A DNA stretch of 64,000 bases from an uncultured Acidobacteriota bacterium (GCA_963702425.1 CAVPCQ010000025.1:1-64000), one strand, 5' to 3'. Shown: positions 13,569-24,212, numbered from the stretch's first letter. Notes: generated by a model not told the origin, from the sequence alone. Translations and numbers: made by a program.

Positions 13569-15974
13569 CTAGGGCGCCGCCAGCACATCGCCCCAGACGA
13601 GGCTGGCACCCGACACGAGGCTGTCGCCCCAGATCACGCTGTCGCCCCAGACCAGGGCGTCGCCCCAGATCACGCTTCCGCCCCAGATCACGCTCTGGCC
13701 CCAGAAGCGGTTGTAGTTGTATCCCGTTTCGCCCCAGACGACGTTGTTGCCCCAGACGAAGCTGCCGCCCCAGACGAAGCTGCCGCCCCAAACGAAGCTG
13801 TCGCCCCAGATGAGGCTGTGGGTGTAGACGGCGTTGCCCCAGATCACGCTGTTGCCCCAGATGAAGGCGTCGCCCCAGATGAGGCTCTGCCCGTCGATCG
13901 CGGTCGACTTGGTGACGCTCGTCACCAGCCAGTTGCTGTCGACCGGGAGCGTGGGGTTGATCGCCCGGGCCAGCGTGAGCGCCCCGGCCGTGTTCAACGC
14001 GCCCGCCCCTTGCGCGAACACGTGGTACGGCTGGCTGCTGGCGTCGTTCATCGGCAACGCCGACACTTGCAGCATCGCCTTGATCGTGTTGACCGGCGGT
14101 ACCGCACCGTAGGTCGCCCGTGCTTCCTCGATCATCAGCGCGACCGAACCGCTGACCACCGCGGCCGCCATGCTCGTGCCGCTCAGCGTCAGATACGGCC
14201 GGCTGGCGATCGTCTGCCGCAGCGCCGGGTAGTTCGTGTACAGGGTCTGGTTCGTCGCCGCGGCCGAGAGCAGCCGCGAGCCGGGCGCGACCAGGTCGGG
14301 CTTGGCGAAGCCGTCGTACCACGTCGGGCCGCGCGAACTGTAGTCGGCCACGACGTCGTCACCGCGCGTCGCCGTGTCGAGGGTCCTGAGCGCCCCCACA
14401 GTGATCGCCGAGGGCGCGTTGCCCGGCGAACTGATGCCCGTATAGCCCACCTGACCCGTCTGCGTGTTGGTCCCGTAGTTGCCGGCCGAGACCACCACGA
14501 CGATGTGCGCCCGCACGGCCGCTTCCACCGCCTGCACCAGCGGGTCGGTCGCCGCGGGTTCGAAGATCGGGTGGCCGAGCGACAGGTTGATGACGTCGAT
14601 GCCGTACGTGGCCTTGTTGGCCACTGCCCACTGGAGGGCCGCAATGACGTGGCTCGTCTGGCCGCTACCGATGGCGTTGAGCACCCGCAGGCTCACGTAC
14701 TGGACACCGGGCGCCACGCCCCTGACTTCGGCCTTGTTACCGGCGATGAGTCCGGCCACGTGCGTACCGTGCCCGTACCCGTCGAAGGGACTGATCGCCG
14801 GAGGATTGCTGCTGCCGGTCGTGAAATCCCGGGCCGTCTTGATCCGGCTCGTCCCGCCGCCGTCCTCCAGCAGCCCGGAATCGATCACCGCCACCGTCAC
14901 GCCGGCGCCCGTCCGCGCCATCGTCACCCCCGGCGACGCGGGCTTGAGCGCTACCGCTGCGGTCGACCACGGTTTGCTGGCCCCCATAGTCCACGCCAGC
15001 GCGGTCGTACTCGCACCTGGCACCGCGCCACCCGCGCCCCAGGCATTCCCGCTCGCGGTGCCCGACTTCGTGCTCCAGGGTGCGGTCAGCGTTGCGGTCG
15101 TCGTCATCGACTTTGCATCCCCGTTGGCGGCGACCATGCCGACCACGACCTGGTCCGGGGCGCTGCTGATCGTCACGGCCGGAGCGTTGCTCGAGCCCGA
15201 CGCCGTCTTGACCAAGGCCACCGGCGTTGACTGATCGACACCGGTGATGCAGATCGCCGAGACCACGAAATCGACGGCGCCACTCGCGGTGACCACGATC
15301 GATGCCATGCCGACCGGTGGGTTCACCAGGTACCAGAACGTCGATCTGTTGCTGGTGCCCGAGCTGTTCTGCGAGACCGCCTGGGTCAGCGCCCGGCCGG
15401 CGAAGGTCACTTGAGTAATCGACCGACTGTTGTTCGCCTGAGCGAAGCTCACGAGGAGCAGCCGGTTGCTGCCAGGCGCCACGTTATGCGAGAAGGTGAG
15501 GCTCGCCGTCGCCACGCCCGCACCGACCGTCCACGCCCCGACGTCGATGGAGCCGTCGAGACCCAGCGTGCGGCGCAGCGTGTAGGGCGTGCCCTGGGCC
15601 GTCCCGCTGACCGTGGCACCATCGGCACGAACCTCGGCATCGGAGGACAGGGTCACGACATCCGCGTGGCGCTGCAGCGCGCGCACCAGACCGGCCGGCA
15701 GTTCGCCGGCGAAGCCCTCGATCAGGGAGAAGTCGTGGTTCACGCGCGCGCCCTGCGCGCGCAGGGCGTTCAGCATCCCGCCCTTGGTCCCCGGCTTCAT
15801 CGTCACGATGACGCGCTGCGGGTCGGTGTCCCCGGCGCGGAGGAGACGGTCCGCCAGATGCTTGTCCACCCGCGCGCCCTGCGGTGCCCGGTCTTTCCGG
15901 GTATCGGGCGAGCCGGCGACGGCGAGGCCGAGCGAGAGGAGGAAGATCGAGATCCAGATGCCAGCGCGTCTCAT
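13569..15974 (-). CDS. Secreted S8 subtilase with an inserted beta-sandwich domain and C-terminal xxWG repeats
   Basis: Start MRRAGIWISI at 15974 (AGGAG RBS). Triad motifs VAVIDSG, GHGTHVAG and SGTSMAA; oxyanion SAGN; terminal (S/N/D)x(I/V)WG repeats. Confidence 0.92.
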   Translation of the reverse strand: MRRAGIWISIFLLSLGLAVAGSPDTRKDRAPQGARVDKHLADRLLRAGDTDPQRVIVTMKPGTKGGMLNALRAQGARVNHDFSLIEGFAGELPAGLVRALQRHADVVTLSSDAEVRADGATVSGTAQGTPYTLRRTLGLDGSIDVGAWTVGAGVATASLTFSHNVAPGSNRLLLVSFAQANNSRSITQVTFAGRALTQAVSQNSSGTSNRSTFWYLVNPPVGMASIVVTASGAVDFVVSAICITGVDQSTPVALVKTASGSSNAPAVTISSAPDQVVVGMVAANGDAKSMTTTATLTAPWSTKSGTASGNAWGAGGAVPGASTTALAWTMGASKPWSTAAVALKPASPGVTMARTGAGVTVAVIDSGLLEDGGGTSRIKTARDFTTGSSNPPAISPFDGYGHGTHVAGLIAGNKAEVRGVAPGVQYVSLRVLNAIGSGQTSHVIAALQWAVANKATYGIDVINLSLGHPIFEPAATDPLVQAVEAAVRAHIVVVVSAGNYGTNTQTGQVGYTGISSPGNAPSAITVGALRTLDTATRGDDVVADYSSRGPTWYDGFAKPDLVAPGSRLLSAAATNQTLYTNYPALRQTIASRPYLTLSGTSMAAAVVSGSVALMIEEARATYGAVPPVNTIKAMLQVSALPMNDASSQPYHVFAQGAGALNTAGALTLARAINPTLPVDSNWLVTSVTKSTAIDGQSLIWGDAFIWGNSVIWGNAVYTHSLIWGDSFVWGGSFVWGGSFVWGNNVVWGETGYNYNRFWGQSVIWGGSVIWGDALVWGDSVIWGDSLVSGASLVWGDVLAAP
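13590..13885 (-). repeat. 18-bp coding repeats (hexapeptide xx[I/V]WG[D/N/G])
   Basis: Repeated CCCCAGA on the + strand at mostly 18-bp period; protein LIWGDAFIWGNSVIWGN...SLVWGD. Confidence 0.9.
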
Positions 15975-16018
15975 GGGAAAGCTCCTGTGGCCGCTAAGGG
16001 AGCCGGCGCACTCCAGAG

Positions 16019-16034
16019 AGCAAGGCGTGTGCCG
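16019..16034 (-). promoter_or_regulatory. Sigma-54 (-24/-12) promoter of subtilase A
   Basis: Minus strand CGGCACACGCCTTGCT = GG-N10-GC, matching the TGGCAC-N5-TTGC consensus; conserved in the paralog's upstream region. Confidence 0.75.
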
Positions 16035-16118
16035 TTCGCGCCGCTCGGCAACGCAGCCGATAAGTCGTTTGTAATCAGTGGCATCGCTGGAGCGCGCGGG
16101 GCCGTCGGGTGCCGCCGA

Positions 16119-16178
16119 GGCCGTCCGATCGGCCATTCCGTCGCGGCGTCCTGGCCGGTTTCCGGACGGAGCGTCCGA
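16119..16178. promoter_or_regulatory. 60-bp upstream element identical to 18173-18232 (putative enhancer/UAS)
   Basis: Exact duplicate flanked by diverged DNA; contains a CCGTCCG...CGGACGG inverted repeat; lies about 85-145 bp upstream of the sigma-54 site. Confidence 0.65.
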
Positions 16179-16329
16179 GGGCCGCACCGCGCGTGGGAAG
16201 CGGGAGCGCAGGGCCTTCGCTCGTGTCAGGGAAGGGGCGCGCGGAGGGGAATCGAGGGTCGCGGCGGCAAAGACAAGGCGCGGGGCCATGGGCCCCGCGC
16301 CGCGGTCGTCTCCGATGAGAACGCCCGGA

Positions 16330-18027
16330 TCAGTCTTCGCCCTGCGTCACGACGTTGAGCGCCTCGCCGGTGGGGACTCCGTTGCCCCAGATCGCCGCGT
16401 TGCCCCAGATGGCGCTGAAACCGGAGGTCGTGTCGTTGCCCCAGATCGCCGCGTCGCCCCAGATCCGGGAGTTGCCCCAGATCAGGGAGTTCCCCCAGAC
16501 CAGGGCGTTGCCCCAGATCCGCGAGGTGCTCCAGAGGGTCGAGTCGCCCCAGATCAGCGCGGTCCCGTCCACCGTGGTCAGGTAGACGTTTCCGGTCGCG
16601 GCGTCGTAGTCCGCCTTCGGTGAGCGGGCCGGCTTGCTGGCCAGATCCGTGTTGGTCAACGCGGCCGGGATGTCGAGATAGCCCGCTCCGACCGTGAAGA
16701 TGTCGTACTGGCTCGTGAAGGACTGCCGGGTCTCGGGGTCGGTGGCGACGCTGGACGCCGGGAACGCCTTGGAGGCCGACTTCATCAGGCGCGCCTTGAC
16801 CTGATCGGGGGTGAGCGCCGAGGTCTTCTGCAGCATCAGCGCCACGGCCCCGCTGACCAGCGGTGTCGCCATGCTGGTCCCGCTGAGCTTCATGTACTGC
16901 GGGGCCCACCCCTGGTTGGTCGTCCAGTACTCGTTCGGAACCAGGGCGTTGGGAAACTGCGCTCCGAGTACCGACATGGGGCTGCGCACGGCGATGATCC
17001 GGTTGCCGGGAGCCACCAGGTCCGGCTTGACGATGTGATCGATCAGGCTGGGTCCTTTCGAGCTGTAGCTGGCCACGTAGTCGTCGGTCCGGGACGGCGT
17101 CCCCATCGTCTTCATCGCGCCCACGGTGATCACGTACGGGTCGTTGCCCGGCGCGGTGATCGTGGAATAGCCTTCCGTCCCCTGCTGGTAGTTCCGGCCC
17201 TCGTTGCCGGCCGCCACCACCACGACGATGCCCGCCTTCCAGGCCTTCTCGACCGCCAGGCACAGCGGGTCGGTGAGGTAGCTCCCGGCGACCGGGCGGC
17301 CCAGGGACAGGTTGATGACCCGGATGTTGTAGGTCTTCTTCAGCGCGATCGCCTTGTCGATCGCGGCGATCACCCAGCTGTCCGTGCCGACGCCCTGGGC
17401 GTTGAGCACCTTCAGGTTGACCAGCTTTACGTTGGGGGCGACGCCGCGGAAGCTCTTGGTGAACTCGGGTCCGCTGAACCAGGTGGCATTCGAGCCCAGG
17501 ATGTAGGCGACGTGGCTTCCGTGACCGTAGTCGTCGGTCGTCCAGCCGGATCCCGTGAAGTCCTGGTTGTAGACGATGCGGCTCGTGGTCTTTCCCGCGT
17601 ACCGCAGGTCGGCGAAGTCGTTCATGCCGCTGTCGATGACGGCGACGGCGATCCCGGTGCCGTTGTAGTTGTAGTTCTGGGCCAGGCCGTTCCAGACGGT
17701 CGGAGTGGCGTTGTCCAGCGTCGCCTTGACCTCCCGGTCCGGCGAGATGAAGGCGACGTCCGGGTCGGCGGCCAGGCTCTCCAGCTCTTCGGCCGGGAGC
17801 GAGTAGGCACCGCCCTGCACCAGACCGAGTTCGGCCTTCATCGTGCCGCGCCGACTCTTGACCTTGTCGTGCTGCTTCGCGGTCGGCGCGTCCTTGAACT
17901 GCACGATGACGTCGACGCGCTCGCCGGGCTTCTTGTTCTGCAGGTCGCGGGCGACCTTCGGCGAGCCGGCGAAGACGAGGCCGACCGAGAGGAGGAGGAT
18001 CGAGATCCAGATGCCAGCGCGTCGCAT
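16330..18027 (-). CDS. Secreted S8 subtilase (AprX-like) with C-terminal xxWG repeats
   Basis: Start MRRAGIWISI at 18027 (AGGAG RBS); VAVIDSG, GHGSHVA, AAGNEG, SGTSMATP; terminal IWGN repeats. Confidence 0.93.
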   Translation of the reverse strand: MRRAGIWISILLLSVGLVFAGSPKVARDLQNKKPGERVDVIVQFKDAPTAKQHDKVKSRRGTMKAELGLVQGGAYSLPAEELESLAADPDVAFISPDREVKATLDNATPTVWNGLAQNYNYNGTGIAVAVIDSGMNDFADLRYAGKTTSRIVYNQDFTGSGWTTDDYGHGSHVAYILGSNATWFSGPEFTKSFRGVAPNVKLVNLKVLNAQGVGTDSWVIAAIDKAIALKKTYNIRVINLSLGRPVAGSYLTDPLCLAVEKAWKAGIVVVVAAGNEGRNYQQGTEGYSTITAPGNDPYVITVGAMKTMGTPSRTDDYVASYSSKGPSLIDHIVKPDLVAPGNRIIAVRSPMSVLGAQFPNALVPNEYWTTNQGWAPQYMKLSGTSMATPLVSGAVALMLQKTSALTPDQVKARLMKSASKAFPASSVATDPETRQSFTSQYDIFTVGAGYLDIPAALTNTDLASKPARSPKADYDAATGNVYLTTVDGTALIWGDSTLWSTSRIWGNALVWGNSLIWGNSRIWGDAAIWGNDTTSGFSAIWGNAAIWGNGVPTGEALNVVTQGED

Positions 18028-18071
18028 TTGACAGCTCCTGTGCCGGCTGCGGAACCCGGCGCACTCCATGG

Positions 18072-18087
18072 AGCAAGGCGCGTGCCC
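18072..18087 (-). promoter_or_regulatory. Sigma-54 (-24/-12) promoter of subtilase B
   Basis: Minus strand GGGCACGCGCCTTGCT = GG-N10-GC. Confidence 0.75.
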
Positions 18088-18172
18088 TTCGCGCCGGCCC
18101 GCAACGCTGCCGATAAGTCGTGTGAGATCAACGATATCGGGGGTGCGTGCCGGGCCGGGGGGCGCCGCTCGG

Positions 18173-18232
18173 GGCCGTCCGATCGGCCATTCCGTCGCGG
18201 CGTCCTGGCCGGTTTCCGGACGGAGCGTCCGA
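18173..18232. promoter_or_regulatory. 60-bp upstream element identical to 16119-16178 (putative enhancer/UAS)
   Basis: Exact duplicate of the element upstream of the other subtilase. Confidence 0.65.
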
Positions 18233-18238
18233 TCCGGG

Positions 18239-20973
18239 CTAATGCCGCGCGGCGGCCAGCTCGTCGATCGTCTCGAGCAGGTGCCGGGCATCGATCGGCT
18301 TGGTGACATAGCCGTCCATGCCCGCCGCCAGGCAGCGCTCCCGATCGCCGCTCATCGCGTGCGCCGTCATGGCGACGACCGGGAGGTGACGCTGCGTGCC
18401 GCGTTCGCGAGCGCGGATTTCCGCCGCGGCCTGCAGCCCGTCCATCACGGGCATCTGCACGTCCATCAGCACGAGGTCGGGCTCCTCGGCCTGGAGCCTG
18501 GCGAGCGCTTCCCGGCCGTCTCCCGCGAGCGCCACGACGTGGCCCGCGGCTTCGAGCAGGCGCGCCGCGAGTCGCTGGTTGACCGCGTTGTCCTCAACGA
18601 GAAGGATCTTCAACGGCCGCCGTGCCGTTGGCTTCAACGGACGGGCCACGACCGGCCGAGGCGGCGCCGTAGGCGGCTCCCCGGCGACGAGGCGGAGGAG
18701 GAGCGCCAGGAGTTCCGGGCCGATGACCGGCTTGGTCACCGCGTCGTCGACCTGGTCGCGGCCCGGAAGTTCGCCTGCCGCCGCCATCTGCCGGGTGGTC
18801 AGCATCACCACCACGCGGCCCTTTGGGGGAGCGCCCGCGGCGCGCAGGGCCCCGAAGTCGGCGGGTGTCCCGACCCGGGCGTCCGCGAGCACGACGCGGA
18901 CGGGCCGGCCATCTCCGCCGCTTGCTCGAGTGCCTCGAGCGCGGCCGCGACGTTCGACGCCGCGGTCGCGCGAAGGCCCCAGCGCTCGAGCATCGATGCC
19001 GCCTTGAGCCTGGCCGCCCCATTGCCGTCGACGACCATGGCGGTCGTGCCCGCCAATCGGTCAGCGCCGGCGGCCGCGCCGCCCTCGTTGCCGAGCAGCG
19101 GCGTCGCCTCGCCAAGTCGCACCGTGAAGCGGAAGACGCTTCCCTGGCCGGGAGTGCTTTCCACCCAGATTCGGCCGCCCATCAGCCCGATGAGGCTGGA
19201 CGCGATCGCGAGGCCGAGTCCCGTGCCGCCGTAGTCGCGGGTCGTCGAGCCGTCCGCCTGCTCGAAGGCGCGGAAGATCCTCTCCTGCTTGTCCGGGTCG
19301 ATTCCCGGGCCCGTGTCCCGCACGGCGGTGCGCAGCAGCACACCGCGGTCGGTCCGGCGTGCGGACACGGTGACCACCACCTCGCCCGCGCGGGTGAACT
19401 TGATCGCGTTGCCGACCAGGTTGAAGAGGACCTGGCGGAACCGACCCGGGTCACCGACGAGCCGTCCCGGCACGCTCGGGCGGACGTCGCAGACGAGTTC
19501 GAGCCGCCTCTCGTGCGCGCTGACTCCCAGCACGGCGAGAGCCTGCGCGATCTCCGCTCGCACATCGAAGGGACGAGCGTCGAGGCGGACCCGACGCGCC
19601 TCGATCTTCGAGAAGTCCAGAATGTCGTTGATGACCTCGAGCAGCGTCTGGCTCGAGGTGCGAACGATCTCGAGGCAGTCGCGCTGCTCGACCGTCAGAT
19701 CCGTCGTGAGCACGATGTCGGCCATGCCCATGATGCCGTTCATCGGAGTCCGGATCTCGTGACTCATGTTGGCGAGGAACTGGCTCTTCGCGCGGCTTGC
19801 CGCCTCCGCGGCCTCGTTGGCGCTCTGCAGTTCGAGTGTGCGCTCGCAGACCCGCCGCTCCAGATCGTCCTTCGCCTCCGCGAGTTCGGCGAGCGTCGCT
19901 TTCAGGAACGCGTCGCTCTCCTGAAGTTCGCGCTGCGAGCGCTCGAGGGCGGCGAGGGTATCGTTGATCGCGATGGCGAGCGCGGCGATCTCATCGCGGC
20001 CGCGGACGGGGACGCGCCCGGAAAGGTCCCGACGCCAGCCGACATCCCGCACCGAGAGCACCAGCGCAGTCAGGCGCACCAGCACGCTGCGATCGAGCAC
20101 CAGCAGAATCGCCAGACAGACGAGCACTCCGAGAGCAACCACGAAGAGCGCCAGACCGCGCAGGAGCGTGACGCTCCGCGCGTACGCCTCGCGGGGCAGC
20201 CAGGCCCGCAGAAACAGCGCCGGCTCGCCGGCAAGATCGTCGAACCGGGCATAGCCGGCGAGTTCCGACTCCGACAGCCGCTGGACCCGGCTGCTCCCGG
20301 GGGTCGGAAGCGCTTCCGCCACCCGCTCGAGCCCGGGCGGCAGCGGCCGGGCCGAGGCCGGGATCAGCGTCAGATCGAGGTGCGACGCGTGGCGCAGGCG
20401 GGTGGCCACGCGGGCGTCCACCGCGCGGCTGACCAGCAGCGTGCCGCGGCGCGGTCCCTCCCGCTTGCTGGTGAGGATCGGCAGCGCGGAGACCAAGAAC
20501 GGACCCTCGGGAAGGACGAGGACGCCGCTGGCGGCCTCCGGGAGGGAGGCCCGGCGGGAGATCTCGCAGAACGCGGATCGTGCCGATTCGACCTGCGCCC
20601 CCTGTGGCCGGTCAGGCAGCGAGACCGTCTTTCCGTAGAGGAGCCGGCACTCCGGGTCGAGGAAGAGGATCAGGTCCACTCGGGACTCGCGCAGCACCGT
20701 GTCGTAGAGGTTCACCTCGATGAAACGCGGGTTGAGATCGAGGGCGAACTGGTAGGCATCATCCCAGATCGCCCAATAGCGGTTCGTCTCCTGCAATCGC
20801 TCGATTTCCGTCGTGAGCGCCTGCCGGGCACGGGCGAGATCCCCCGCTGCGAGCAGCTCCTCGACGTGCCTCGAGTTGCGATCGAACGTGACATAGGCCG
20901 CGGTGAGCGCGAGGGTACCCAGGCCGAGCGTCGCGGTCCCGACGATCAACAACGTCTTGACACGCAGGTTCAA
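18239..20973 (-). CDS. CHASE4-HAMP hybrid histidine kinase with two REC domains; apparent frameshift near 18890
   Basis: ORF 18805..20973 has [13 protein letters not shown] (CHASE4), GRDEI (HAMP), [11 protein letters not shown] and GGTGLGL. ORF 18239..18892 has [10 protein letters not shown] and LVLMDVQMP. Confidence 0.9.
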
Positions 20974-21267
20974 TCGCGCCCTCCGCGCGAGCGCGCATTA
21001 TCCGCGCTCCGCCGCTTCAGCGTCCGGGGTCTACGAAAGCGTTATCGGACGTGCGCCCGGAGAACTTGAGTGGCCGGCCTCCTCCCGTGCTGCCGTCGCC
21101 GCGGCCATGCACCAGGGACCCGGATGCCCGCGAAAAAGCGGCCGAACGCACGGCAGCCGGCGACGCGCTCCCGGCGAGTCGATCGTTCAAGTCGCTTCCG
21201 GACCGTCCGATGAGTCCCGACGGGCGAACGCCGCTCCTGCCGAGCGCTGTGCCTTGCGTCGCCACGA

Positions 21268-23187
21268 ATGCGAAGGGGGCTCCAGGTGGCGTTATCGCCG
21301 CGCCGGCCGTTACGCAGCGCCTCTGCCAGGTACACGCTCCGCGGGGCAGCCTTCGGAGTGTGCTTCCCGGTCTGCGCGACGCTGCTTCACGCCTGGACTC
21401 ACACCGGCGGGCTCTCGCCGGAAGCGCTCACCGCCGCGCTCCGCGATCCCCTGCTCTGGATCATCGACTCGGCGCCGCTCTGGCTCGGCCTGTTCGCGTG
21501 GGTCGCCGGCACTCGGCAGGACCGGCTCCGGCGGGTCGTGGAGCGGCAGGATCAAGTGATTGCCGAGCGGACCGCCGCGCTGAAGCAGGCGCTTCGCGCC
21601 GCCGAGGCGGCCGCGAAAGCGAAGAGCGACTTCCTCGCCAACATGAGCCACGAGATCCGCACGCCGATGAACGCCGTCATCGGGCTCTCGTCACTGCTGC
21701 GCGACACGTCGCTGAGTCCCGAGCAGCGGGACCTCGTCGAGACGATCATCAGCAGCGGCGACGTCCTGATCAGCCTGATCAACGACATTCTCGACATTTC
21801 GAAGATCGAAGCCGGAAGAGTGGAGCTGGAACTCCGGCCGTTCGACCTGCGGGACGTCGTCGAGCAGAGCGTCGCGGTGCTCGGCGCGCAGGCGGCGGCG
21901 AAGAGCCTCGACCTGTCCTGGTGCGTCGACGAAGACGTGCCGCACCGCCTGCTCGGCGACTCGACGCGACTCCGCCAAGTCATCATCAATCTCGTCGGCA
22001 ACGGCGTGAAGTTCACCGAGAGGGGCGGGATCGGCGTCGAGGTCTCGGCAGCGGGCGGGTCGCCTCGCGATCCGTTGCGCGGCGACAGCATCGTGATTTC
22101 CGTCACGGTCCGGGACAGCGGAATCGGCATCGCGCCGGACCGCGTCGACCGGCTCTTCAAGCCGTTCAGCCAGGTCGATTCGTCCACCACGAGGAATCAC
22201 GGCGGCACCGGCCTCGGGTTGTTCATCAGCCGGCGACTCGTCGAGATGATGGGCGGGACTATCGGTGTCGAGAGCGTGCCAGGGCGCGGCTCGACCTTCC
22301 GGTTCTCGATCCGCGTGCGCACTCTGCCCGAGGGGACTGCTGCTGAGCGCGACGCCGAGACGCCGCCAGCCACTCGCGGGATGTTGCTCGTCGCAATCGC
22401 GAATCCGATCTGCCAGCGGCTTGTCGCGAGCGAGGGGCGTGCGCTGGGGCTCGTGTCCGTCGTCGTCGACCCAGGCCGCAGCACGGAACTGATCGAGCTT
22501 GCGCGCGATGCGGACATCGTGCTCGTGGACGTGGACGATGTCCAGCGTGACTCGCGCGCGGATGCCCTCCGCGCCGCGTTCACGGGCGGGGTGCGCCGGC
22601 GCCGCGCTGTTTTTCTGACCCTCCCGGGAGCGAGCTACCCCTGCGCGAGCGACCCCCACTGTGCGGGAGTCGTCACGAAGCCGGTACGGCGGGCAGAACT
22701 GAGACGAGTCCTGTGCTGCGCTCTCGAAGGAGGCGACCGACCGTGTCTCTTCGTCGATTCGCGGCACGACGGACGACCCGCGGAGCCCCCGACGCGCGCG
22801 CTCCGCATCCTGCTCGCCGAAGACAATCCGGTGAACCAGAAGGTCGCGCTGCGCCTGCTCGGACGGATCGGCCAGCAGGCTGATGTCGCCGGCGATGGCC
22901 AGGAAGCCCTCGACGCGCTGGAGCGATCGGAGTACGAAGTCGTGCTGATGGACCTCCAGATGCCCAAGCTCGATGGGCTCGAGGTGATCCGGCGCCTGCG
23001 TGCCGGCACCGGGCCGTCGCGACGGGCACTCGTGATCGCACTCACGGCGGAGGCGTTGGAGGGGGATCGGGAGCGGTGTCTCGCGGCCGGCGCCGACGGT
23101 TATCTCAGCAAGCCCGTGCGCCCCGAAGAGTTCTCAGCGGCCATCGCGCGCTGCGCCGAGTCGCTCGCGGTGACGGAAGCGACGTAG
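21268..23187 (+). CDS. Hybrid histidine kinase with a short membrane sensor, a degenerate REC and an intact REC
   Basis: [22 protein letters not shown] module, [40 protein letters not shown]. Start codon uncertain. Confidence 0.9.
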   Translation: MRRGLQVALSPRRPLRSASARYTLRGAAFGVCFPVCATLLHAWTHTGGLSPEALTAALRDPLLWIIDSAPLWLGLFAWVAGTRQDRLRRVVERQDQVIAERTAALKQALRAAEAAAKAKSDFLANMSHEIRTPMNAVIGLSSLLRDTSLSPEQRDLVETIISSGDVLISLINDILDISKIEAGRVELELRPFDLRDVVEQSVAVLGAQAAAKSLDLSWCVDEDVPHRLLGDSTRLRQVIINLVGNGVKFTERGGIGVEVSAAGGSPRDPLRGDSIVISVTVRDSGIGIAPDRVDRLFKPFSQVDSSTTRNHGGTGLGLFISRRLVEMMGGTIGVESVPGRGSTFRFSIRVRTLPEGTAAERDAETPPATRGMLLVAIANPICQRLVASEGRALGLVSVVVDPGRSTELIELARDADIVLVDVDDVQRDSRADALRAAFTGGVRRRRAVFLTLPGASYPCASDPHCAGVVTKPVRRAELRRVLCCALEGGDRPCLFVDSRHDGRPAEPPTRALRILLAEDNPVNQKVALRLLGRIGQQADVAGDGQEALDALERSEYEVVLMDLQMPKLDGLEVIRRLRAGTGPSRRALVIALTAEALEGDRERCLAAGADGYLSKPVRPEEFSAAIARCAESLAVTEAT

Positions 23188-23494
23188 AGCGGCCGGGGCC
23201 GATGGGCAGGCAGCGGATCGGTGTCGCTGCGGTTCACGGTGACGCGGTCGCCATCCTCGGAGTTCCTCTGTCCACGCCGAGATCGCGGGTCCGGTCAGCC
23301 CCGCCACGACTCCGATCGGGAACGGGAGCGCGGCGCTCGGTGCTCTGGCCGAGGATCTCGGCGTCCCGAGACGCCGCTGCCGAGACCGTTGCCGCAGCGA
23401 GCAGCGGCACGTACGATCCGGCCTTGGCGGATGGCTGCGGGGCAGGCCGGAGCCTTGGGGTGGGTGCCATGAATGGTGAAGGGGGAGGAGCCCC

Positions 23495-23800
23495 ATGAGT
23501 CCCGAAACGCGATTCGAGTTCGACAAGGCCGCTCTCGCGGCGATCTGCTCGCGGTTTGGCGTGATCGAGTTGTCAGTTTTCGGCTCTGCCGCGCGCGGCG
23601 AGCTTCGAGCGGATAGCGATATCGACCTGCTCGTGGACTTCGAAGAGAGTCAGCGGGTGACCCTCTTCACGCTGTTCGACCTCCGGTCGGAGCTATCGAC
23701 TCTGCTCGGTCGCACCGTGGACGTGGTTCCGAAACGCGGGCTCAAGCCCCTGATTCGGGAGCATGTGCTGAGCGAGGCTCGGGTCCTCTATGCGGCCTGA
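23495..23800 (+). CDS. mntA: Minimal nucleotidyltransferase (MNT) antitoxin
   Basis: GSAARGELRADSDID = GS-X10-DXD motif; 101 aa; GGAGGAG RBS. Confidence 0.9.
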   Translation: MSPETRFEFDKAALAAICSRFGVIELSVFGSAARGELRADSDIDLLVDFEESQRVTLFTLFDLRSELSTLLGRTVDVVPKRGLKPLIREHVLSEARVLYAA

Positions 23801-24137
23801 TCAGCTCTATCTCGCCGACATGCTCGAGGCGGCCGACAACATCGGCGTGCACCTCGGCCAGCGGCCCCGCGAGGCTTTCCTCGGCGACGTGACGGCGCGG
23901 GCGGCGGTGCTGCACGAGTTGACGGTCATCGGGGAAGCGGCCTCACGCATTTCCGCTGAACTTCGCTTGCGGCACACGGACGTTGCTTGGGCGAAGATCG
24001 TGGCATTCAGTAACTTCGTGGTTCACGAGTACTTCGGACTCGACTGGTCCATTGTCTGGGAAACCGCTACGTCGCTCGTTCCCGCGCTGCGCGAGCAGAT
24101 CCAGGATCTCGTGTTGGCCGAGTTCCCCCCGGAATAG
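23790..24137 (+). CDS. hepT: HEPN (DUF86/HepT-like) toxin with an altered RNase motif
   Basis: YLADMLEA..VIGEAA..W..IVAFSNFVVHEYFGLD..IVW; overlaps the MNT gene. Confidence 0.88.
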   Translation: MRPDQLYLADMLEAADNIGVHLGQRPREAFLGDVTARAAVLHELTVIGEAASRISAELRLRHTDVAWAKIVAFSNFVVHEYFGLDWSIVWETATSLVPALREQIQDLVLAEFPPE

Positions 24138-24212
24138 GCTGCCGGTCCGATTCGCCGCGCGGGCCGAAGCTCCGAGGCGCCCGGCGCCCTTGCCCGCGCC
24201 CGGCGGGAATTT

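Noticed and set aside
13590-13885. Regularly spaced CCCCAGA repeats as a CRISPR array
   Set aside because: 18-bp in-frame coding repeats without unique spacers; no cas genes.
15975-16200. Duplicated subtilase leader as a riboswitch or ncRNA
   Set aside because: Better explained by sigma-54 promoter architecture; most of the conserved DNA lies upstream of the predicted transcription start.
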